From positions 64,001-128,000 of the forward strand of contig CAWGIE010000026.1 of the NCBI GenBank assembly GCA_963822585.1: a DNA stretch of 64,000 bases, given 5' to 3'. The stretch's first letter is position 1; every line of letters begins with the position of its first letter. Positions 29,112-39,742 of the stretch are shown here, piece by piece. Origin of the DNA: an uncultured bacterium (GTDB lineage: Bacteria; Auribacterota; Erginobacteria; Erginobacterales; Erginobacteraceae). The translations under genes were made by a program, and so were the position numbers. The notes under the pieces are model-generated. The model ran no database searches and was not told the DNA's origin. It was given only the letters and a program-made list of their open reading frames with translations.

Positions 29112-31106
29112 CTATCGGGTGACCGGAATATCGCCGGATGTCCCGAAATACAGACGTGAAATGCCTCTCGGGGCCCACAGTCCCGTCGTATCACGGAATA
29201 TCCCGATATCGTCTCCGGAATCCCCATCGTAGTCAGCCGGAACCGGCTGGTCGGTGCCGGCGCCGAAGTAAAGAACGCTCACACCGCGGATACTCCACAG
29301 CCCGGAGGAGGTCTGAAAGCAGGCCGCCTCCCGGGTTCCGTCCCCCCTGTAATCTCCCGGGATTGGAAGGCTACCGGAATCACCGTAGTAGATCCGGCTG
29401 ACACCTCTCAGCGCCCAGAGACCGGAGGAGGGCCGAAAGACAGCGACCTCGCTCGTTCCGTCACCGTCGTAATCGCCCGGGACCGGGTCGTCGCCGGCTC
29501 TCCCGAAATAGCTCCGGGTGACCCCCCGGATCGCCCAGAGGCCGGCATCAGCCCGGAAAATACCGGGGTCGCAGGTATCGTTGCCATCATAGTCGGACGG
29601 AACGGCGTCATCGGAGACGGTACCGAAGTAGAGACGAGAGATGCCTCGGACCGCCCAGAGCCCGGAAGCATATCGGAAGATGGCGGGGTCCGTCGTCCCG
29701 TCTCCATTATAGTCTCCGGGGGCCGGAAGGTCGGCCGAACCGCCGAAGTAGAATCGGGTTACTCCCCTCACCGCCCAGCGGCCAGAGGACGGCCGGAAGA
29801 CGGCGATGTCGGACGTGCCGTCGCCGTTGTAGTCCCCCGATGAGATCACTCCGCGGGAGGGCGACGGCGCCGGGGCGGGCTCATATGTGAATATGGTTCC
29901 CCAGTGGTTACTGCCACCGGCGGACGTCACCCCGTACAGTAACCCATCGTGGAGCAGCAGAGTGCAGTACGGAGACTTTCCGTCATCACCGGCTCCGAAG
30001 TGGTGATGGATCGTGTAATCGGAGCCGTCGGCGCTTATTGAGAACAGGATGCCATAATAATTAACCCCGCCGGAAGTGGCCGTGCCGCAGAGCCTGTCAT
30101 CCACCAGGATCAGGTTTCCCATCGGGCCTCTCCCGTCACTGGGGGCGCCGAGGAATTGATGCAGGATCGTGAAAGCGCCCCCGTCGGTTTGCATGGAGAA
30201 GATGATGCCGTGATCGCCCACGCCGCCGTTGTAGGTCAGGCCGTAGAGTGTACTGCCATCGGAGAGAAGGCTGGAGGAGGGTCTTCTCCCGTCGGCGGGG
30301 GGGCCCATGAAATTATGCAGAACAGTGAAGGCGCCCCCGTCAGGACGCATGGAGAAAATAACGCCATAACCCTGGTCGAGTCCGCCGCTCCCCGAACTGC
30401 CTCCATACCTGGCGGTTCCGTATACCGAGGAGCCGTCCGAGATCAGCGTGCCCGTCGGGGTCGTTCCGTCATCGGGAGAGCCGGTAAAATTATGAATAAA
30501 GGTATACCCCGTGCCGTCGGGGTTGATGGAGAAGACGGCCCCGCAATTGATTAACCCGCATAGATTGGTGCCGCTCAACCCGGCCGTGCCGAGGAGTTTT
30601 CCTCCCAGGACAAGAACCTCGGCGTTCGGCCTCCCGGTGTCAAAGGGCTCGGCAGCGAAGCTATGCATGATCGTATACCCCGTCCCGTCGGTCTCGGTGG
30701 CGAATATGGTGCCGCCGCCGTAAGCGTATGCACTGTAACTTCCCGATCCGCCGGCAAAGGTTATGCCGTAGAGGGTTGATCCGTCCGAAATCAGGCCATC
30801 GTGAGGCCAGCCCCCGTCGGGAGGACCGCCGAATTCGTGCAGGATGGTATAACCGGTCCCATCGGGATTAAAAGAGAATATGGTACCGTAGCCGGCGCCG
30901 CAATACGGCCCGGTGTGACTTCCCCCGCCCGCCGACATTCCATAAATCCGGCTCCCATCCGAAAGCAAGGTCCCGGAAGAGTTTGCCGCGTCATCGGGAT
31001 AGCCGGCAAAATTGTGCAGGATCGTGTAGCCGGTCTGCGCGTGGCCCAATGACGTTCCCAGAAGTCCCACTGCCAAAACCAGAAAAACAAGCAAACATTT
31101 TTTCAT
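29112..31106 (-). CDS. Secreted protein: tandem (GloVer/choice-of-anchor-like) propeller repeats plus FG-GAP-like tail
   Basis: Signal peptide; YTILH.F.G.P.DG..P...L..DG..LYG.T..GG repeats; tail ending DIPVTR. Confidence 0.85.
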   Translation of the reverse strand: MKKCLLVFLVLAVGLLGTSLGHAQTGYTILHNFAGYPDDAANSSGTLLSDGSRIYGMSAGGGSHTGPYCGAGYGTIFSFNPDGTGYTILHEFGGPPDGGWPHDGLISDGSTLYGITFAGGSGSYSAYAYGGGTIFATETDGTGYTIMHSFAAEPFDTGRPNAEVLVLGGKLLGTAGLSGTNLCGLINCGAVFSINPDGTGYTFIHNFTGSPDDGTTPTGTLISDGSSVYGTARYGGSSGSGGLDQGYGVIFSMRPDGGAFTVLHNFMGPPADGRRPSSSLLSDGSTLYGLTYNGGVGDHGIIFSMQTDGGAFTILHQFLGAPSDGRGPMGNLILVDDRLCGTATSGGVNYYGILFSISADGSDYTIHHHFGAGDDGKSPYCTLLLHDGLLYGVTSAGGSNHWGTIFTYEPAPAPSPSRGVISSGDYNGDGTSDIAVFRPSSGRWAVRGVTRFYFGGSADLPAPGDYNGDGTTDPAIFRYASGLWAVRGISRLYFGTVSDDAVPSDYDGNDTCDPGIFRADAGLWAIRGVTRSYFGRAGDDPVPGDYDGDGTSEVAVFRPSSGLWALRGVSRIYYGDSGSLPIPGDYRGDGTREAACFQTSSGLWSIRGVSVLYFGAGTDQPVPADYDGDSGDDIGIFRDTTGLWAPRGISRLYFGTSGDIPVTR

Positions 31107-31178
31107 ACCCACCTCCCCGGATGTGAAGTGTAATGTTTGACTTACATAATAAAGGATCAAGTATCTATCCGGCAACTA

Positions 31179-31478
31179 TTAAAAGCAAATCTGCGCGTTT
31201 CCTTTTTTACTTTTACTCCCCCCTTTATCCAGATATTTAGACGCCAAAATATGAATCGCTTTGGTGGCTTCTATAACCAATTCCGCTTTTCCTCTCTGGG
31301 CAGCATCGGAGACTGATTGGGGGTGTTTTTCTAATTTCTGGGCGATATCTTTTTGAGGTAATTTACGTTTTAAGAATAAATAAACTTCGTATTGATATTC
31401 CGTCATTTCCGGTAGCATGGCATTGCTCAATTCGGAGAGGGAGGTCAAGGCGGCGTTAAGCGCGGGATTTGCAATCAA
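31179..31478 (-). pseudogene. C-terminal HTH fragment resembling the SatD C-terminus
   Basis: MTEYQYEV...QKDIAQKLEKHPQSVS; no good start; AT-rich. Confidence 0.45.
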
Positions 31479-31542
31479 CCAACGAGCAAAGCGGTTTTCT
31501 TAAACGTAAACTTCTTTCATGGGAATATGAATATATTGTATA

Positions 31543-31605
31543 AGACGGGTCCCCGCCTTTGGCGGTGCAAGCTCGAACCTTGGCCGCCTTTGGCGGGGCC
31601 GCAAC
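31543..31605 (-). pseudogene. tRNA-Asp 3'-half remnant with two hairpin insertions
   Basis: gacgggt[ccccgcctttggcggtgcaag]ctcgaac[cttggccgcctttggcgggg]ccgcaac versus intact gacgggactcgaacccgcaac. Confidence 0.75.
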
Positions 31606-31639
31606 TTGTTGCGGGTTTTGGAATCCTTCGATTCCAATA

Positions 31640-31778
31640 GAAAGGCCGGAGGGGAATTCCCCTCCGGCCTTTCCACGGGCATGATCCCGGTTATTACCGG
31701 GAAGCGTGGCTGATCTGGGATTATCTGAAAATCTGCTTCCGTCCCATCAGCAACCGTCACCGGACAATTTGCCCGGTT
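31640..31778 (-). repeat. Terminator plus cassette-boundary element copy 2
   Basis: gaaaggccggagggg hairpin, then acgggcatga...gcgtggctgatctgggatt...caccggacaatttgcccggtt; near-identical to 46921-47087. Confidence 0.85.
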
Positions 31779-31902
31779 GGCTGAACTTCTTCCCGCAGTC
31801 CTTGCAGAAATATACCTGGCTGGTGGTGAACTTGAGGCGGGCCGTCCCTTCCTTGATAACGCGCTTGCCGTGGCAGGAGGGACATTTGACGATGGTTTTC
31901 AT
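31747..31902 (-). CDS. 51-aa zinc-ribbon protein (IS1 InsA-like CxxC..CxxC) reading into the boundary element
   Basis: MKTIVKCPSCHGKRVIKEGTARLKFTTSQVYFCKDCGKKFSQPGKLSGDGC*. Confidence 0.6.
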   Translation of the reverse strand: MKTIVKCPSCHGKRVIKEGTARLKFTTSQVYFCKDCGKKFSQPGKLSGDGC

Positions 31903-31912
31903 TGCACCGGTG

Positions 31913-32560
31913 CTATGTGATCAGTTTGATTACGTTCGGGTCGGGGTGGGTTTTGAGTTTTTCTTTGTCGTAGGTGACGAAATCGGGGTGGATGGAGAGG
32001 CGGAGCTGACTGGCGCGGTCGGATTCGATGAATTTCTGGCCGTTCTTTTCCTGGAGACTGCCCTGGAGTGCGGTGCGGAGGTTGCTGATCGGCGGGCGGT
32101 GCTCGGGGTCATTAATGCAGCCGGCGCCCTGAAGATCGGACATATGGACCCAGCCGCCCCTGCCTTTTTTCAGTTCCAATGCCAGGCGCAACAGGAGGAG
32201 GAATAACTTATCCCCCAGTCTGCTCTCCTGACCGTTCACCAGGACCAGGTTCAGCTTTTTCATCGGGAAGATTCCGGGAATATGGAGGCGGTCGGAACAG
32301 TTATGGCCAGATTGCTCGCGATCGGCGAGCTGGGCGGAGGTGAGGGCGGGAACCGGGGCAGGGAGACCAGCGGGAGGGCGTTTCTTCAGGGCGGCAAGGT
32401 AGGAGAACTTGAAATCGCGTTTGCCGAAGGAGGCCGGGAGTGTGACCGGGAAGATGGAGGCGGCGCGGAGTTTGGAGTAGATCGGCTCTCGGGAAAGGTT
32501 GAGGATGGGGGTGACGACGACCGTTTGGGAGTATTGCACCAAGAGGGATAGGAGGCACGG
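31913..32560 (-). pseudogene. 5'-truncated hypothetical protein with wHTH-like C-terminus; paralog of 45631-46215
   Basis: Shares SIFPVT.PASFGKRDFK.SYL.ALKKRPPAGLP and HPDFVTY.K.KLKTHPDP with 45631-46215. Confidence 0.6.
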
Positions 32561-32622
32561 CTTGGTCGTTCGGATATTCGGGAAGCAGACAAAAATAAAG
32601 GCGGTGTTTAACTCATAAAGGA

Positions 32623-32994
32623 CTACTTCCTCGATATTATCATGGAAAGAATCCATTTGCAAATGAACGAGGCAGCCAAAGCTAAACTATAGCTTAGAAA
32701 TGTTCCAATGAGAATATACTCAGCCAATTTTCTATCTTCTTTATCTTTTATTTCTCCAAAGCGGAATATAGACTTTGCCGCGATAAGTAAACCGATGGCT
32801 GAAAGTTCTCCCGACCATACAAAAGTTACAATGAGAAAACGTTCCAGATACCCGATATACTTCCCTGCTTTCTTCAAACCTCACTCTTCTATCCTTCCGA
32901 CATCAAAACGCTTCAGTAAGCGATTGATGAGCCAGCCGGCGGGGAAGATTGCCAAGACATAACTGACTATAGCAAATAATGTCGTCAAAATCAT
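32623..32994 (-). pseudogene. DUF3307-like membrane protein with in-frame TGA at 32881-32883
   Basis: AGKYIGYLER, AAKSIFRF, AEYILIGTFLS; downstream of satD. Confidence 0.7.
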
Positions 32995-33027
32995 AAGAAC
33001 ACCTTCCTATGGGTGAATTTGCATCGT

Positions 33028-33690
33028 TCACCCTATCAAGGCTGTATTCTTCAGGTAATTTTCCAAGAACTCCCTACCCCGGAAATAGATCTCAAAATGA
33101 GCGGCCTTAAGTCTTTTTCCGATATTCTGGTACGCCACATTTAATTTTGAACCTATTTCCTTTAAATTTAATCCCTGATCTCGCCAGGATACGGCTTGCC
33201 ATTGTGCTTCCGTCCAATTGAGAAGAATCATATCCTGATAAGTCAAAATTAAATCGATTAGTTTATTTGCCGGATCATCTTCGGTAAGGATTTTTGTTCT
33301 TCGGGTTCTGTTATCCTTCAGCCAATCAATCCCGTCCCGGGATAAATAAAAGGGCGGTCCTTCCTGTAATCTTGCTTCTTTTCCCTTGGTAATTGATCCG
33401 CGCGCTATCCCAATAGAAACATGGAGATCAATTTTATTCTTTCCCTGTAAGCGGAGAAGAGTTCTGAAACGATCCACTAAATTCAGGATTTTCCAATGGG
33501 GGGAGACAACTCCCTGATATTCATCACCGATTGTTGGGGTGATAGGGAGCAAGAGCAGTCCTTTGTATTCTTTATTTATTTTACTGAGGGTTTCTCTTAT
33601 TTCTTTTTTAACAACCGGTTGTTTCTTTGGCGAGTATTCTTTTGAATCAACAATATCGATAGTTAGGACTGAAATGAGTTTTGTTTTCAT
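33028..33690 (-). CDS. SatD-family protein
   Basis: TIDIVDS, GDEYQG, SIGIA, GPPFYLSR, WTEAQ plus C-terminal HTH. Confidence 0.75.
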   Translation of the reverse strand: MKTKLISVLTIDIVDSKEYSPKKQPVVKKEIRETLSKINKEYKGLLLLPITPTIGDEYQGVVSPHWKILNLVDRFRTLLRLQGKNKIDLHVSIGIARGSITKGKEARLQEGPPFYLSRDGIDWLKDNRTRRTKILTEDDPANKLIDLILTYQDMILLNWTEAQWQAVSWRDQGLNLKEIGSKLNVAYQNIGKRLKAAHFEIYFRGREFLENYLKNTALIG

Positions 33691-33808
33691 ATACACCTCT
33701 TTATGGGTGAATTCAGCTATTCACCTATAATAGGGTGAATAGCTGTTTTTACAAGGAAAAATTGATAAAATTATTGCCTGGTGAAAAGTGCTGAACAATT
33801 TCGAAAAT

Positions 33809-33930
33809 AAAAAGCCTGGGAGTGAGAGCTCCCAGGCTTTTTTAAAACGGGCATGACGGGTGTCCCAGAGCGTGGTTGATATGGGATTTTATTAAAATCT
33901 ACTTCCAGACAGTGAGGGACGGACACCGAG
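33809..33930 (-). repeat. Terminator plus cassette-boundary element copy 3
   Basis: aaaagcctgggag hairpin; acgggcatgacgggtgtcccagagcgtggttgatatgggatt...gagggacggacaccg. Confidence 0.85.
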
Positions 33931-34077
33931 CAATTACTATCAACCCCTTAAAAAGAATATATTGATCAGTCTGATTCTATAGTAGTAGGACGGCAAAAAT
34001 ATCTGTAAAGAGAATCAGCGAGATGTTGTCTCACACCGGGAAAAGGCGTGATGGCGTTGGTGCAAATCACCCCCTCA

Positions 34078-34296
34078 TTATTCAAACTCAATACGTGGCA
34101 CACCGGATTGACGAATAATGGACAGCAATGTTCCATTGCGCAATTCTTTGTGGTCCGGTATGGGAACCGTGATCGTGCTGTCAGGTAACCTTCGTTGCAT
34201 CACGATATGACTTCCTCGCCTTCTTACTTCGGTAAAATTATGTTTCTTGAGGATCCGGCAAACTTCTTTGCCTGATAGTGTGCGTAATTTAGCCAA
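34078..34296 (-). CDS. hicA: HicA-family toxin
   Basis: SGKEV.RIL...F..VRRRGSH...ITVPIP.HKEL..GTL.SIIRQ. Confidence 0.9.
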   Translation of the reverse strand: MAKLRTLSGKEVCRILKKHNFTEVRRRGSHIVMQRRLPDSTITVPIPDHKELRNGTLLSIIRQSGVPRIEFE

Positions 34297-34510
34297 CGGC
34301 TAACTCCACCTGAGTAACGTAGACTTCATTGTGAAGTCTTTCTCTGATTTCCTCGGGAGAGGCCGTTTCAAAGAACAATTCCAGCGCTTCTCGCAGGTTC
34401 TTTTTTGCCTCGTCTATGGTGATGCCCTGGCTTGCCACATCCACTTCCGGGCACAAAGCCACATACCCGTCACCTTCTCGCTCAATGATCGCCGTAAGTT
34501 GTCTATTCAT
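34289..34510 (-). CDS. hicB: HicB-family antitoxin
   Basis: TAIIEREGDGYVALCPE...SQG.TIDEA..NL.EA; overlaps hicA start. Confidence 0.9.
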   Translation of the reverse strand: MNRQLTAIIEREGDGYVALCPEVDVASQGITIDEAKKNLREALELFFETASPEEIRERLHNEVYVTQVELAVG

Positions 34511-34636
34511 GGCCACCTCCGGATTTCTGGGATTAATATATATGAAGACGATGCCACATTTCAAGCCTTAATTCGGATATCGTGGGATATGCCAATCTCA
34601 CCAGGGTGGTTCTCATCCCTTGTATAGAAACGAAAA

Positions 34637-34795
34637 ACCCCGAGGGAAAAACCCTCGGGGCCTTTCTACGGGCATGACCCCGGTAAACCGGGGGAGCGTG
34701 GTTGATCTGGGATTTTTTGAAGATTTTACCCCGCGATGAGCGAAGCGAACTTTGCGGGCCACCTTCCGGCCGGTCGAAAACGGGCACCGGAAAAT
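34637..34795 (-). repeat. Terminator plus cassette-boundary element copy 4 (with a TTTA-footed hairpin insertion)
   Basis: ccccgaggg hairpin; acgggcatga...agcgtggttgatctgggatt...gaagat[tttaccccgc...gcgggc]caccttccgg. Confidence 0.85.
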
Positions 34796-34868
34796 CCAGT
34801 TAGCTGGTAGACAGTAATCAGTAAAGGAGGGATCTTCGATAAGGTAGCCGACATCCAATAGCTTGAAT

Positions 34869-37800
34869 CTACCTCGTTACCGGGATATCGCCCACTGAGC
34901 CATAGTATGCCCTGCTGTTCCCCCGGATGGCCCAGAGCCCGGTAGTTTCCCGGAAGATCCCGATGTCATCCAGCCGGTCGCCGTTGTAGTCCGCGGGCCG
35001 GGGCCAGTCGGTGCATCTTCCAAAGTAGATCCGGGTCAATCCCTTCAGCGCCCAGAGACCGGTACAAGGCCGGAAAATGCCGATCCTCCAGGTCCCGTCG
35101 CCTGAGTAATCAGCGGCGGTGGGCCAGTCATCGGTACCGCCAAAGTATATTCTATTCAATCCCCGGATCGCCCAGAGGCCTGATGCCGGCCGGAAGACGG
35201 CGATCTCCCGGACATTGTCCCCATTGTAGTCGCCGGGTACCGGCCAGTCTCTCCCGGTCCCGAAATAGACCCGGGTCATCGCCCGGACCGCCCAGAGACC
35301 GGGGGCGTCCCGGAATATCCCGATGTCGCAAGAGCCGTCACCGTCATAGTCTCCGGGGATCGAAATATCATTGGTGTTCCCGAAGTAAGCCCTGGTCAAT
35401 CCCCGGACCGCCCAGAGGCCTGAATTTTCCGGAAGATCGCGATCTCCGTTGTCCCATCTCCATTATAATCGCCGGCGGCAGGCAGATCGGAACTGCCTCC
35501 GAAATAATCCCGCGTCAAACCGCGGATAGCCCAGAGTCCCGATGAAGGTCGGAAGATGGAGATATCGCTCGTCCCGTCGCCGTTGTAATCGCCCGATTCA
35601 AGAACGAACCGTGCCGGCGTTTCCGCCGGCCCGCAAGTGGGGGTGGGGGAGAGGGGGGATGGAGCAGCCGTCGGTGTGGATGACGGAGAAGGGGTGGCCG
35701 TCGGGGCGGTGGAAGGAGTGGGAGATGACGTCGGGCTCGGGGTAGGGGAAGGAGTGAGCGTCATCGAAGGAGTCGGGCTGGCGGAAGGAGCGGGCGAAGC
35801 AGTCGGTGTCGGAGTGGATGACGGTGTGGGAGTTTCCGAAGGCTTCGGAGTCGGGCTGGCGGATGGAGCGGGCGAAGCAGTTGGTGTTGGAGTGGCTGAC
35901 GGTGTGGGAGTTTCCGAAGGCTTTGGGGTCGGGCTGCCGGTCGGTGTCGGCGACGGCGTGGGAGTCGCCGACGGAGTCGGGGTGACGGTGACGGTCGGGG
36001 TTGCGGTGGGAAGGGCGTCATATCGCGCCACATGAGGGAAACTGGCGGCGCCGAGGGTCGTGAAGTCTCCTCCGAGATAGAGATTGGCGCCGTCGAACGT
36101 CAGCGCGTAAACGTCGCTGTTCGCGTTCGGGTCCCAGGCGGTGGCGTTCCCGTCGGCGTCGAGGGCGGCGAGACGGTTCCGGGACTGTCCGCCGATGGCG
36201 GTGAAATCGCCTCCCGCGTAGACGGTGTCGCCGGCGACGGCGACGGCGTTCACGTAATTGTCCGGGTTTGGATTCCAGGCGGTGGCGTTCCCCTCGACAT
36301 CGACGGCCGCGATATTGTTTCTTCCCTGGCCCCCGATGTTCTCGAAGGCCCCGCCGGCGTAAATCGTCGTGCCGGAAAGCGCGAGCGCCATGACGGCATC
36401 GTCGGCGTCGGGGGCCCAGGCGGTGGGGGTATCGGTATCGGTATTGAACGCGGCGATGCTGTTCCGGCCCTGGCCGCCGATGATCGCGAAACTCCCCCCG
36501 ACATAGAGTGTGTCCCCGGACAGCAGCAGCACCCGGATGAAGCCGCCGGCGCCGGGGTCCCAGGCGGTGGCGGTGCCGGTGTCGGCATCGATCGCGGCGA
36601 TGTACGCCCTGTTTTGACCGTCGATGTGCTGGAATTGTCCGCCGACGTAGACGGTATCGGCGTTGGCGGCCAGTGCGTAGAGGGCATTATCCGCCTGCGG
36701 TGCCCAGGAAGAGACGGCCCCGGTCGCAGCGTCGACGGCGGCGATATAACTCCTGGCGTCGCCCCCGACGTGAGTGAAGTCTCCGCCGGCGTAGACGGTG
36801 CCGTCGGCAACGGCGAGGGCGCGAACGAGGCCGTCGGCGTTGGGGTTCCAGTCGGTAGCGGCCCCGGATGCATCGAAGGAGGCAAGGTTGTGCCGGACCC
36901 GTCTCCCGATGCTGGTGAAGTCGCCGCCGGCGTAGACCGTGCTTCCGAAGACGGCCAGGACGTTGACCGTTCCGTCGGCGTTGGGATCCCACGCGGCGGC
37001 GGTATCGGTGCTGGCGGAGAAGGCGGCGGCCCGATTCCGGTCCGCTCCCCCGATCGCGGTGAAATCCCCCCCGACGTAAACGGTCTCACCGGATATCGCG
37101 ATTGTTCTGACGATACCGTCGGCATCCGGGTCCCAGGCGGTGGCGTTGCCGTCGGCGTCAAGAGCGGCGAGATGATTTCGGTTTTCTCCTCCGATAGAGG
37201 TAAAATTGCCTCCCGCGTAAACGGTCTCAGCGTCGAGGGCGAGAGCGGTGACATAGTTGTCCGCGTCCGGGTTCCAGGCGGTAGCGTTCCCCGTGGAGAT
37301 ATCGAGCGCTCCGAGGTGCATCCGGGTCTGCCATCCGATGGCCGTGAAGAGGCCCCCCGCGTAAAGAGTATCTCCGGAGGCAACCAGCGCGGAGACCCAG
37401 TTGTTGGCGTTGGGGTTCCAGGATGTGGCAACCCCCGTTGCGGCGTCGACGGCAACGATGAAGTTGTGGATATCTCCTCCGACCATCATAAATTTTCCCC
37501 CGGCGAAGACGGTGCTCCCGGAGACTTCCAGGGCGAAGACGGTGTCATCCGCGTCCGGGTTCCAGGTGGTGGCGTTCCCGTCGGCGTCGAGGGCGGCGAG
37601 GCGGTTCCGGGACTGTCCGCCGATGACGCTGAAATCGCCGCCGGCGTAGACCGTGCTTCCGGAGACGGCCAGGGCGTTGACGGTGTCGTCGGCGTCGGGA
37701 TCCCATGAGGCGTCGAGGGAACCGTCCGGGAGAATATGGGCGATCCGGTTCCGGACCTCCTCCCCGACCGTCGTGAAGTCGCCTCCGATATACCAGCCGC

Positions 37801-38110
37801 CGGCCCCGTCGGGAACGACCGCCTGTACGGCTCCCTTCACCCGGGGAAACGCGCCCGCGGGCTCGGCGGTTACGGCATCGATGGGAGCGCCGTTGAACGT
37901 ATTCAGCCCCACATGGTTGAACGATCCGCCGATATAGGTAACCGACCCGTCGTTGACGATCGTGTTGACGGTGCCGTCCGTCGTCCAGACATTCTGGTTG
38001 GGAACGGACTCGAGTTCGGCACGCGCCGCCGGGACCGCCAACGCGGTCAGCAGCAAAATGGCGGTGAAGGCTAAAGCCGTCAAGATAGTCCTGAAAGGAC
38101 GCGGCGGCAT
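34869..38110 (-). pseudogene. Large secreted beta-propeller repeat protein plus P/T/S linker and FG-GAP-like tail; 1-bp frameshift near 35428
   Basis: W.P.AD..V.ALA..G.TVYAGG.FT repeats; tail split between ORFs 35396-38314 and 34869-35399, ending DIPVTR. Confidence 0.8.
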
Positions 38111-38353
38111 CAGAAGACCGACAAAAAACCGGATCGCCCGGTGCCGCCGGGGTGCCACAAGAAGATTCTTGTTGTTTTCCGACAGACGCATATTTTTCAT
38201 CATCGGCTGCTCGAGTGTGCGGTGACTGTCTATCGCGGTCCGCCTCCCTAAACTTCTCCGCATGCTAATGGAGTCACCGGTTGATTGCAAAGAAAAAGAG
38301 GTTTGTAAAGTCACACTCCGCCTTTTTCCAATCGCGTTCCCGGCCGGGAAATA

Positions 38354-39742
38354 TCAGCCGCGCATTTTATCGACCATCTCCCGGCAGTCATCCACGAATC
38401 TGTCAAAGTCAGCTCGATCACACCAGGCCGGTGTGCCGAACCGGAATGGTATGTCACCAGGATCCGGTTTGTTGGTTATCGGATCCCGGTTCGGAATACA
38501 GCCCTCGAAAAAGGCCGCCGCGTCCGGATCGGGCGCCCGGGTCAACCCGGTCCTCCCCAGTCCCCCGCAGCCGATATGGTAGCCGCACTCCTTGAAGATG
38601 CGGGTTTGAAATTCTTCGGCCAGCTTCATGTCCCGCCGGTATTTTTTTTCGGAAAACGGATTGAAAGCGATGATACCGGAGGTAAGTTCAGGATCCCGGT
38701 ATGGCTGAAGGATTGACTGCTCTCCAAAAACGTCGATCAGTTTTTTGCGGGCATAGTCGGCCAGCGCCAGGATATAATTTTGGATCCGGACCCTTCCGAC
38801 CTGATCCCAGATCGTGCAGGATTCGCCCAGTGCCCGCCAGTCGGCTGACTCCGGAAAACCGTAGAAACTGAGAGCCGCTCCGATATCAAAATTCTTCGGC
38901 CGGGAGCCGTCGACGGGCGCGTCGAGATCGCCGGAGCGGATAAGATGAAAACGGGGCAGGGGGGTGGAATTCGCCGGCAATAATTCGTTGCGGACATACA
39001 GGATGCCGGTCCCCCCGGGCCCGCATTGCCACTTGTGCCCCGATAACGCGCAGAAATCAATGCCGGTTTCATCGAGGCGGGGATCGAACATCCCTCCGTA
39101 ATGGGCCCCGTCAACTACGGTGATTACCCCGTTTTCCTGGGCCAGCCGGGCGATCCGGCGGACGGGAAGAGTTATCCCGTTGGGCTGGGTCGGGCAGGAG
39201 AAAAAGATCGCTCTGGTTTTGCCCGGCCGGATAGTGCGTCTGACGGAATCAACAATCTCTTCCGCTTCCGTGTCGGGGCGCGTTGGAACTCCGAACTGGC
39301 GGATGGTCAGTCCGAACCGTCCGGCCACCCTTCGAACCGTCGCCACACAGTTCGGATACTCCAGCGTCGAGCAAAGTATCTCATCCCCCTCGCGCCAATT
39401 AATTCCGCTCAGTATCTGGCTGACGGCGTCGGTGGTATTGCGGGCGATGGCGATTTCATCCACCCGGGCCCCGTATCCCCGGGCGATTTTTCTCCGGGTG
39501 ACTTCGGGGTCTTCGAGATAAATGGGAAAGGGATCCCGGGCGATCTGGGAGAGGCCTTCTTTAAAATGGGTCAGGACCGTTTTCGGCATCGATCCTTTCT
39601 GGCTGGCGACAAGATATTTATGCTCCTGGGAGATGGTAAACCCCTCGGCGAATTCGGCGAAAAACGGCTCTTCATTCTCCAGCAGGATTTCGACGTCCGG
39701 CCGGCTTTCGGGAAAATTACTTCGGGGAAGTTTCTGCATCAT
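38354..39742 (-). CDS. Aminotransferase class V PLP enzyme (isopenicillin-N-epimerase/cysteine-desulfurase-like)
   Basis: RNTT, VDGAH, SGHKWQCGP.GTG. Confidence 0.85.
   Translation of the reverse strand: MMQKLPRSNFPESRPDVEILLENEEPFFAEFAEGFTISQEHKYLVASQKGSMPKTVLTHFKEGLSQIARDPFPIYLEDPEVTRRKIARGYGARVDEIAIARNTTDAVSQILSGINWREGDEILCSTLEYPNCVATVRRVAGRFGLTIRQFGVPTRPDTEAEEIVDSVRRTIRPGKTRAIFFSCPTQPNGITLPVRRIARLAQENGVITVVDGAHYGGMFDPRLDETGIDFCALSGHKWQCGPGGTGILYVRNELLPANSTPLPRFHLIRSGDLDAPVDGSRPKNFDIGAALSFYGFPESADWRALGESCTIWDQVGRVRIQNYILALADYARKKLIDVFGEQSILQPYRDPELTSGIIAFNPFSEKKYRRDMKLAEEFQTRIFKECGYHIGCGGLGRTGLTRAPDPDAAAFFEGCIPNRDPITNKPDPGDIPFRFGTPAWCDRADFDRFVDDCREMVDKMRG

Noticed and set aside
31747..31902. 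Intact IS1-family element
   Set aside because: Only a zinc ribbon; no DDE domain or terminal inverted repeats were found.
32623..32994. TGA recoding (in-frame TGA in the DUF3307-like gene)
   Set aside because: Neighbouring genes, including satD, use TGA as a normal stop; a point mutation is simpler.
35640..36010. Tandem DNA repeat as a separate element
   Set aside because: It encodes the Pro/Thr/Ser linker of the surface protein.
35637..37708. Long alternative-frame and antisense ORFs (e.g. 36032-37708, 36250-37455, also 14008-15372 and 18650-20053)
   Set aside because: Shadow ORFs of GC-rich or repetitive genes with no recognisable motifs.
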